Assembly: GCF_006345805.1 (NCBI RefSeq)
Contig: NW_021832824.1
Coordinates: forward strand, 1-32,520
Source of the DNA: Octopus sinensis
Taxonomy: Eukaryota
Reading direction: 5' to 3'
Length of the DNA: 32,520 nt
Shown here: piece after piece, positions 23,761 to 32,520 of the stretch
Numbering within the stretch: the first letter of the stretch is position 1
Layout of the letters: each line of letters begins with the position of its first letter
Position numbers and translations under genes: made by a program
The notes under the pieces: generated by a model
Databases searched by the model: none
What the model saw: the letters and a program-made list of their open reading frames with translations, nothing else
Told to the model about the DNA's origin: nothing

Positions 23761-24175
23761 AGAGCTGTACATGCCATCAAAGTGATATTGGGTAAAGTAT
23801 ACGAAGCCCAATATACCCATCATGACTACCCGTCTGATTACAGTACACCAGGAACATGCATCACAACCATATGTGTGTGACATAGTGATCTCATATCAAG
23901 ATAAACAGCGCATGTCCTTGCACGTGGGGCCCAGTTAGAATTTCCTTCAGGTCGAGTAGCCCATCCGGCTCAAGAATTCCCTGAACCAGGTTTGTTTTAA
24001 GGATGTTGAACAGAAGACCCATGTTTCCTAAGGTGAATTATCCAAATCCTAAAGAATTCCTCTCAACACATGGCTATGATGCTCCCCCACTACTTTTGCT
24101 CGTGATCAGAGATGCACATATCGCCAGCCACTAAGGGACATGCTCAAATATTTGGTATTGAGCAGAATATTTGCT
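23761..24175 (-). mobile_element. Family D repeat copy 2
   Basis: Reverse complement of the family at 14282-14754 and 25715-26153. Lacks the terminal CTCACTC(AAT)n and abuts a (TCA)n tract. Confidence 0.9.
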
Positions 24176-24214
24176 CATCATCATCCTCATCATCATCCTC
24201 ATTATCATCATTGT

Positions 24215-24328
24215 TTTTCCAGATATAGGCACAAGGCAAGGAATTTTAAGGAGAAAGGTTAATCATCGACATCAGTACTTGACTTGTAGTTGATTTTTAT
24301 CCACCTGAGTGATAAAAGTCAAAGTGGG
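24215..24328 (-). mobile_element. Decayed family B SINE fragment
   Basis: TAGGCACAAGG...ATCGACATCAGTACTTGAC...TTTATCCACCTGAGTGATAAAAGTCAAAGT, loosely related to 1165-1250 and 2455-2527. Confidence 0.4.
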
Positions 24329-24399
24329 CAATATTTTTCATAAAGTATTTGTTATGGTAAAATCCATCTCTGTCTCAATATTTTTAATGTAATATTTCG

Positions 24400-24900
24400 C
24401 TTGCTTCGTACTTCGTGCTTTATCATTGTGCTTGGCAATGTTTACCTAAAATTCTCCCTAAATACTTTGCTTTCTTCACCATTCTACCTTACGTTATCTA
24501 TTCTTTCATTTCTCTCAATAATAAAAAAATTAATATTTTTGATGATGCAAAAGGAAATTTTCCTTATCTAGTTTGGTTTCTTTCTTCAGACTTTAAAATG
24601 TTAATGTTTTTTGTCTTTAATCTCTGCATTTGTTCTCAGAAAGTGGTATCAGTTCCTTTTTCGTTACGTGATACATTTCCTATATTCCTTCCTCTTCTCT
24701 CTTTAATTAACTTTGCTTTCTCTCGTCTAGCTCATATCTTTCCTAAGGCCATTAAAATCCATTAGCATCCATCTACAAAACCCCGCTGATATTTTGTTTG
24801 TCATTTCTTTACTCCATGTTCACAATTACATAACCACACGCTCATATCAATGTGTTAGTAATTCTAATGGGTTTTACCGAAATCAAACTGCCTTCAGATT
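24400..24900 (-). pseudogene. Possible very old RTE-like LINE C-terminal remnant
   Basis: Frameshifted SVWLCNCE-TWSKEMTNKISAGFCRWML resembles RTE SVLLYGxETW...RML. Weak match with many stops. Confidence 0.3.
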
Positions 24901-25646
24901 GATTGACTCTAATGCTTCCGTTTCCATGAATTTCTGCCCGAACTTTCTCCAGGATCTCTAGTTGATCGTCATCAAGGTTGCCACATTAAATTTCATTACT
25001 TCCACATAACCCACCTCCAAATGCTTAGCTATGATAGCTGCATAATAGTGTTTCTTTGAAGAGCTTCCTTTATTCATCTAGTCTTGCGTAGTTGTTCCGT
25101 ATAATTCTTTGTTGAAATTACTCTTTAATTCTTCAATTTCTGAATGAGAGAAACGTTTTATACTCGTAATATACATTATTTGACCTGCAAGCTTTTGTTC
25201 TGAATTATATACACCTATATATTGAACACCAAATATTGAACAAATACAACAAATACACCAAATATTGAACGTTCTTTTCCGAAATAATCACTTCCTTGGT
25301 TCATTTCTTACATATGTTTTCGTAGCTATTCTCTTGATGCTCTACTTTTACATTCCAGTTTTCGGCCAGCAGAGTGAAGATGGCAACGAGGTCTATAATG
25401 TTGTGCCACAGCATACTTCCCGTATGAGGAGTATTCACAACAGTCCTCAGTTTTCAGTCACGCAGAACAGTTAAAATGTCGGAAAATAAAGTCCTGTGAT
25501 ATTTGATCTAGATTTTTACATCCTCAGTACACGTTATACTGTCAAAATTTCCTTTCAATCCGGGCTGCATAAGGTCAGTTACCAGTCAAGTACAAGGGTT
25601 GAGGTTGTTGATTATCTCTCTCTTTAAAATTGCCTGAATAATTGTC

Positions 25647-25695
<49 letters not shown>

Positions 25696-25716
25696 AGTGA
25701 TAATGATGATGATGAT
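25647..25716. repeat. (GAT)n microsatellite
   Basis: Read directly from the sequence. Confidence 0.95.
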
Positions 25717-26160
25717 TCTGCTCATAGATTTGCTTGTCAGTCGTTTGAGCTTAAACAGTTGACCATGTCCCTTAGTGGCTGACGATATGTGCATCTCTGA
25801 TCATGAGCAGAAGTAGTGAGGGAGCATCATAGCTGTGTGTTGAAAGGAATTCTTAGAGGTTTGGTATAATTCACCTCTGGAAACATGGGTGGTTCGTTCA
25901 ACATCTTTAAACAATACTTATTCAGGGACCTTTTGAGTGGGATGGGCTACTCGACCAGAAGAAAATTCTAACTGGGCCCCACGTGCGAAGTCATGCGCTG
26001 TTTATCTTGATATGAGATCACCATGTCGCGCACATATGGTTGTGATGCATGTGCCTGGTGTACCCTTATCAGGCGGGTAGTCATGATGGGTATACTGGGC
26101 TTCGTATATTTTACCCCAGTGTCACTTTGATGGCATGCACTGCTCTCTCACTCAATAATA
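25715..26160 (+). mobile_element. Family D repeat copy 3
   Basis: Has the same 3' end GCACTGCTCTCTCACTCAATAAT as 14738-14760 and retains the segment deleted in copy 1. Confidence 0.9.
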
Positions 26161-26576
26161 AAGTTACAAATAATAATCATGACATTTTTAAAATGAAAAG
26201 TAGAATTAAAACTCCTAATATTAAAATCACCATTCTTATTATCGTTGCTATTCACATACTGATTTTTTTTAATGAACTGCTTCTTGTTTTATCGCACTTC
26301 TGTATCGCGAGACAAACTTCGGGTACAAAGGATGATGTCAAATCTCCTCTGGTGTTGCGTTAAACTACCATTAAGATGTTTATGAAAGATGTTTAGAGAA
26401 TCAGATGAAAACTAAGAACCTTAAAAAATACGCCTAACATACGCTTCCCTTATCATTCTCTATGCATCTCTAGAGGTTGTAAATCGAAAATATTAACCAT
26501 TCGATCAATAATTAGCTACACACACACACACACACAGTAACACAAATACTCACATACACACACATAAACAGACAGA

Positions 26577-26620
<44 letters not shown>

Positions 26621-26848
26621 AGCATGATAGAGTCGTATACGCATTGATACATATACATGCACACATGTATATGTATGTATATATACATGTACACACACAC
26701 ATATTTATATACATACATATATGCATACATCCGTAGTTGATATATACGTAGATTAAGGAGTTTTCGTCAACTAACATAAAATAGCAGTTATGTACTATGA
26801 ATGCTCAATTACGTTTACCACTAAGATGTGAAACCTTACACATTAATA

Positions 26849-26927
<79 letters not shown>

Positions 26928-27065
26928 ACTTATAAACAGGGCAAAAGAAAAAAAAATATCTAATGCTTAATATGCCGAAAATAGATACATCGTCAATAAA
27001 CATATAATTCATCACTATAAGCACGCGTCTCGCAGGAAGCCGACGGAAATTACTAAAAAATTCCG

Positions 27066-27129
27066 TTATTATCATATCGGACCCTATTTCAGAGTAAATT
27101 CATAAGAACCTTCTCTTCATCAGTAATAA
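27066..27129 (-). ncRNA. Degenerate type I hammerhead-like motif
   Basis: Minus strand reads TTATTA-CTGATGA-AGAG(AAGGTTCTTATGAATTTA)CTCT-GAAA-TAGGGTCCGATATGA-TAATAA. Cores and stems I and II are present; the cleavage-site register is imperfect. Confidence 0.45.
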
Positions 27130-27404
27130 ATGCCGCAAAGAAATAAGTGAAATACTTACTTATACCCATGGAAGAAGCAAACACTAAGCCATGAGCACAA
27201 TTAAGTACCCCAAATATATCCAAAATAGAAATTCTCCAGCACACTTAGAGACACGTACAATCGGATTGAAAACTCTTTTAGAGTGAGAGAGTCCGGAAGT
27301 GAACGCTATTACATTTACATCTAATATAGGATAAAATTTTTCGAAAAAAAATTTTTATCAATGGCCAGCATATTAAAAAATACCTTTAAAGGTTAAATTT
27401 ATAA

Positions 27405-27978
27405 ACAAGGGCAACTGCTCCCCACACGTAACAATCAAAGGGTTTGCAGTCTGGGGAGTTAGATGGCCAGTTTTTAGGGGTGATGTGGTCGCAGAAATTA
27501 TCTAACAGCCACGATTGGGGTCCTCTGCTTTTGTGGCATGATGCAGAGTCCTGTTGCCAGCAGAGATAGGGTTTTCAGCAGCCACCCAGGGTAGCACTAC
27601 CACCGTGTTCAGTGTGAGGTCGGGTGGGGGGGATGAATGTAGACAGAATGTACTCGTCATTATTGATCACTCCAAGCACCAAGACGTTGGGTACATTTTT
27701 GATTTTTATCACTCTCAGTACATGTCCTCAGATTCCACTGTCCTCAGATTGAAATTCAAACACACTGAAATGTACTGGAGCTTTCAGCCCGAATGCCAAG
27801 CACTACAACATGGCGTTTCCAAATTTCTAGCAAAGTCAATTGCGTAGTTGTGCTGTTTTCTTCACGGAAGATGCTCAACTGACCCTACCATACAGTGTAG
27901 CCGACAAAACCAAATGCAAACAAGGCACATGCGCAGAATTGACATAAAATAGCGACAACTTACCCATCGCATCCTGTA
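27405..27978 (-). mobile_element. Internally deleted Tc1/mariner-superfamily DD37D (maT-type) transposon
   Basis: WQQDSASCHKSRGPQSWLLDNFCDHITPKNWPSNSPDCKPFDCYVWG has 37 residues between the last two catalytic-position Asp. Candidate terminus TA|CAGGATGCGATGGGTAAG at 27976-27978. The other end was not found. Confidence 0.85.
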
Positions 27979-28364
27979 TGTGTGCATATATGTATACATC
28001 TCAAATTTTGTTTGATTTGCTTTTCGCAGGAAGGAAAGTTTCTATCGAAGATGCGTATCGCCTTCACCTTCGAAACGCAGAGTACATGAAACCATGGCGA
28101 CTGAAGAAGGGGAATTTTCCTTGTGTTATTTGTCCTGTACTCTATTTTTTTGTTGTTTAAGAAAAGTGTCCAGTTCCTTGATTTTGTGTTTATGTTTTCG
28201 TTTCTCATTGTGTTCGACGTTTTTTTGGTGTACTGTACCCATATATGCGTGTACATATACACGTATGTAGGTACGTACATATATGTATATATATATATGC
28301 ATATGTTTTATTTATTAATATATTATATATATATATATTTACATAATATATATAGAATACATCT

Positions 28365-28753
28365 GTTGTTGTGTGCTTAGAAGCTTGCTTCCCAACCACC
28401 GCAAGCCACCTTCCGTAGGTGACTTTTCCAATAGCCTCGGCTCGATCAAAGTTTTGGGAAATGGAAACTAAGAAAAAACCATCGCGTTTGGGTGTATGTA
28501 TATGAGTGGCTATGTGGTAAGCCAGCAAGTGTCTTCTACTATAGCCTCGGGCCAACCAAAGCTTTGTCAGTAGATTTAGTAGACGAAAACTGAAAGAAGC
28601 TCGTTGTATATATATATATATATAAAAGTATGTGTCTGTGTTTATCTCCCCACCATCGCTTGACAACGGATATAGTGTGATTATGTCCTCGTAAACTATC
28701 GATTATGCAAAAGAGAGCAATAGAATAAATACTAGACTTACAAAGTATAAGTC
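28365..28753 (+). mobile_element. Two adjacent decayed family A SINE copies (28365-28495 and 28502-28753)
   Basis: In the second copy GAGTGGCTATGTGGTAAG joins almost directly to GCAAGTGTCTTCTACTATAGCC, so the B box is deleted; the rest is colinear with 2078-2318. Confidence 0.8.
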
Positions 28754-28929
28754 TATGTATATATACATACAAATACATGCATACATATATATGTATCAGC
28801 CGAAATTGCGAGAATGATCCGGTTCTTGACTGAAGATTAGAGGCTTCGAATGACCCGTCCGTTTTTTGTGTCGTCTATTTGAGTGTTTTGCGTTCTTGTC
28901 CCATTTTGTATTTTTATACATATTTTTAT

Positions 28930-28966
<37 letters not shown>

Positions 28967-29074
28967 ACATATATATATATATATATATTATATAATATAT
29001 ATAATATATATATATATATGTATATAGATGATATATATACATATATAAGTATGTATAATATATGTGTGTGTGTG

Positions 29075-29285
29075 TGTGTGTTTGTGTGTCTTGCGCCTGA
29101 GTTCGTTGCCTACCAGCGCTTGACAACCGCTGTGGTGTGGTTACGTACTCGTCGCCTGGCAATTCAAAAAGGCTCATAGAGGTAAGTACCAGGTTGAAAC
29201 TATAAAGTACTGAGATACTTTTATTCGCGATATAATTCGACAAGACGGGTGTTCCTGCTGTACCTGCAGATTTGAAACATTGAAA
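29075..29285 (+). mobile_element. Decayed 3' half of a family A SINE
   Basis: GCTTGACAACCGCTGTGGTGTGGTTACGT and ATAGAGGTAAGTACCAGG align to 2222-2305. Confidence 0.6.
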
Positions 29286-29302
29286 AAAATAATCTCTCTC
29301 TC

Positions 29303-29374
<72 letters not shown>

Positions 29375-29636
29375 TATTAATATATATAGATATATATATA
29401 TGTATGCATATATATATTTAGACACACACACATACAAACATACACTTGCGCACACGCACAGTCATACATACAATCACACACACACTCACCTAACACTCTA
29501 TGCTAATAGCTATGACAGCTATGAAATTGAACTACTTATAAATTTGAATAGAATTAGATCACATGACCAATAATATCGGATATATCCCAAGCATAAAAGA
29601 CGCCATATATGAGGGAAGAACTACGATGGCACGTGT

Positions 29637-29687
29637 CTTCTTCTTCTTCTTCTTCTTCTTCTTCTTCTTCTTCTTCTTCTTCTTCTT

Positions 29688-29760
<73 letters not shown>

Positions 29761-29980
29761 TAATTTCTTTTCGTCGTCATCGTGGTCTTCTTATTGTTTT
29801 GTTGGTGTTTCTCCTCCTCTTCTTCTTCTTTTTCTTCTTCTTCTCCTCCTTCTTCTTTTTTTCATTATTATCATTATTATCATTATATTATTATATTATT
29901 ATTATTATTATTATTATCATTATTATTATATTATTATTATTATTATTATTATTAATATTATTATTATTATCATTATTATT
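29637..29980. repeat. (TTC)n followed by (TTA)n compound microsatellite
   Basis: Read directly from the sequence. Confidence 0.95.
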
Positions 29981-30377
29981 AGACACGTGAAAATCACATG
30001 TAGTTTTCCATACGTATCTTCATTTGTGAATGAATAGTTTATAATATAATATGTTGAAACGAGTGTTCTTCTTAAGTAGCTGTTATGGTAGAATGTGAAG
30101 AGGTTAAAAAAAAAACTACAGAAATAAAACAAAAGTAAAGCTATTCATACTTTGTGGGTTGTTGCACGAGCACTAAGATGGACAATAGAACAGAGGGTAG
30201 GATGTGTAGAAGGCGCACACGTTCGCATACCCGTATGCACACGTTTGCATAAAATGCAATAAAATGCGATTATTAACACTTCAGACTCATACACAAATAT
30301 AATAGCTTATCGATGGGAGGAAAGTGTGACGTAGTCAAACTCTGCGTAGAACTTACTTAGTATATGTTTGCTTTTAA

Positions 30378-30390
30378 ATCTATCTATCTG

Positions 30391-30471
<81 letters not shown>

Positions 30472-30626
30472 ATATCTATCTATAAGTCTATTTGCATATC
30501 TATCTGTCTCTCTCTCACGCACATATAAATATATATGTGTATATATACATGCGTATATATATATATATATACACATGTATATATATGTATATACATGTAT
30601 ACATATATATACATGTATACATATAT

Positions 30627-30665
<39 letters not shown>

Positions 30666-30872
30666 TGTATATATATGCGTATGTGAGCTTTTGTCTCTTA
30701 GGTCTCGTATTTATATATAGGTACACAGGTAAACACACGCAGACATACATGCATACATACATATATATACACACATACATACATATATAAAGATACATGC
30801 TAACGTGTGTATGCACAATCACACACACACACACAAGCGTGTATACATACATGCATTCATACATATATATAT

Positions 30873-30920
<48 letters not shown>
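30378..30920. repeat. (TATC)n plus TA/CA-rich low-complexity region
   Basis: Read directly from the sequence. Confidence 0.9.
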
Positions 30921-30923
<3 letters not shown>

Positions 30924-31263
30924 TGTACACTTTTAAAATGTTTTTTTATAGTTACGAGAAAGAATATTTGCAATATATTTTTAACACGTTTCAAAATGTG
31001 TGATTGTCTCAGAATCATGAGTTAATGTTTTAATTTTCAGGATTGGAAGACAGCGACAAACCTACCATATACATCAACCTTGAACACTTAGCAGAAAATG
31101 AGAGCAGGCAAATTACTAAAGTTTCCCTCATTCCCTCCATTTAACCATGTCCTAGATAGTATTTGCGGTCACCATTGTGTGGCTGGATAGACGTAAGCAA
31201 GTGTCAGTTCTAGTTTGATATACGAGTCTATTTTATATATATGAGTGCATATATGCTTACTTC

Positions 31264-31355
<92 letters not shown>

Positions 31356-31397
31356 ATGTTGGGTAGTAGCTATCTAGCTGTCTGTCTGTCTATCTAG

Positions 31398-31453
<56 letters not shown>

Positions 31454-31488
31454 AATCTATCTATCTATCTATCTATCTATATATATAT

Positions 31489-31522
<34 letters not shown>

Positions 31523-31634
31523 GATATATATATATATATATATCTACCTATCTATCTATCTACCTATATATCTATATCTAACTATTGACTATCTGTCTCT
31601 CTCCCTATTTATGGATTATATATTATATATGTGT

Positions 31635-31669
<35 letters not shown>

Positions 31670-31690
31670 TGTATGTGTGTGCTTGTGTGT
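31264..31690. repeat. (TATC)n/(TA)n/(TG)n compound microsatellite
   Basis: Read directly from the sequence. Confidence 0.9.
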
Positions 31691-32153
31691 ATATATTTAT
31701 GCATATATATGCTATCGGACAGAATCCTTAAACACTGATAATGTCGTCCGTATGTATGTGATATTATTAGTGAGCTTGTACCTATATTTCAAAGTTGTAG
31801 CTTACAGGATGACACCGCTTTTCATTATTATTTTTAAACCGGTGTTCTATCAAAGTGGTAACTTGAAATTTGTTAATGTACATAACGTATGATAAGCACA
31901 ATACTGCAATAATGGCTGAAACTATGACCACCCAGGAAATATGGAGTCATTCCAGAAAATGAAAGCACTAAAATGAATGATGGTAACTGGACAAACGTAA
32001 TATACGTATATGTGTGTTTGCAAATACACATGCTTCATGCATGTATTCACACAGAGACATGCATGCACACACATATATATGTATACACACACGCACGCGC
32101 GCACACACAAACACACGCACTCACACGCACACAGATATATATATATATATATT

Positions 32154-32355
32154 TACTCTTTACTCTTTTACTCTTTTACTTGTTTCAGTCATTTTGACTG
32201 TGGTCATGCTGGAGCACCGCCTTTAGTCGAGCAAATCGACCCCGGGACTTATTCTTTGAAGCCCAGTGCTATTCCATCGGTCTCTTTGCCGAACGCTAAG
32301 TGACGGGGACGTAAACACACCAGCATCGGTTGTCAAGCAATGCTAGGGGGACAAC

Positions 32356-32400
<45 letters not shown>

Positions 32401-32520
32401 ATTTACGACAGGCTTCTTTCAGTTTCCGTCTACCAAATCTACTCACAAGGCATTGGTCGGCCCGGGGCTATAGCAGAAGACACTTGCCCAAGATGCCACG
32501 CAGTGGGACTGAACCCGGAA
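32154..32520 (-). mobile_element. Family A SINE, young copy cut by the window end
   Basis: Close reverse complement of 2043-2403, including the (GTAAAAGA)n tail and the B box. Confidence 0.92.

Noticed and set aside
27385-27396. piggyBac-like end (TTAACCTTT on the minus strand)
   Set aside because: A short motif that is common in AT-rich DNA; no matching second terminus found.

Overview
AT-rich, microsatellite-saturated eukaryotic DNA, probably intronic or intergenic. The repeat complement (tRNA-derived SINEs, Dong/R4 LINEs in TAA arrays, Penelope, maT) suggests a coleoid cephalopod such as Octopus; this is inference from remembered repeat types, not a search result. No intact host gene could be supported, and most listed ORFs are microsatellite translations. 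The main content is: a 5'-truncated Penelope-like element (RT plus GIY-YIG, minus strand, about 10.1-12.1 kb); an ~8 kb pile-up of Dong/R4-clade LINE pieces in (TAA)n arrays, including one near-full-length minus-strand copy; an old L2/CR1-group RT remnant next to a tRNA-SINE; an internally deleted DD37D (maT) transposon; and several SINE families. The best second-look signals are hammerhead-ribozyme motifs. One is a clean minimal type I motif with a compensatory U3:A8 core at the Penelope 3' end; degenerate ones lie in short non-coding islands, one of them between 44-bp perfect inverted repeats. Also notable are a duplicated structured ~115-nt unit and a 17-bp perfect hairpin. I did not find a clearly new protein-coding system.
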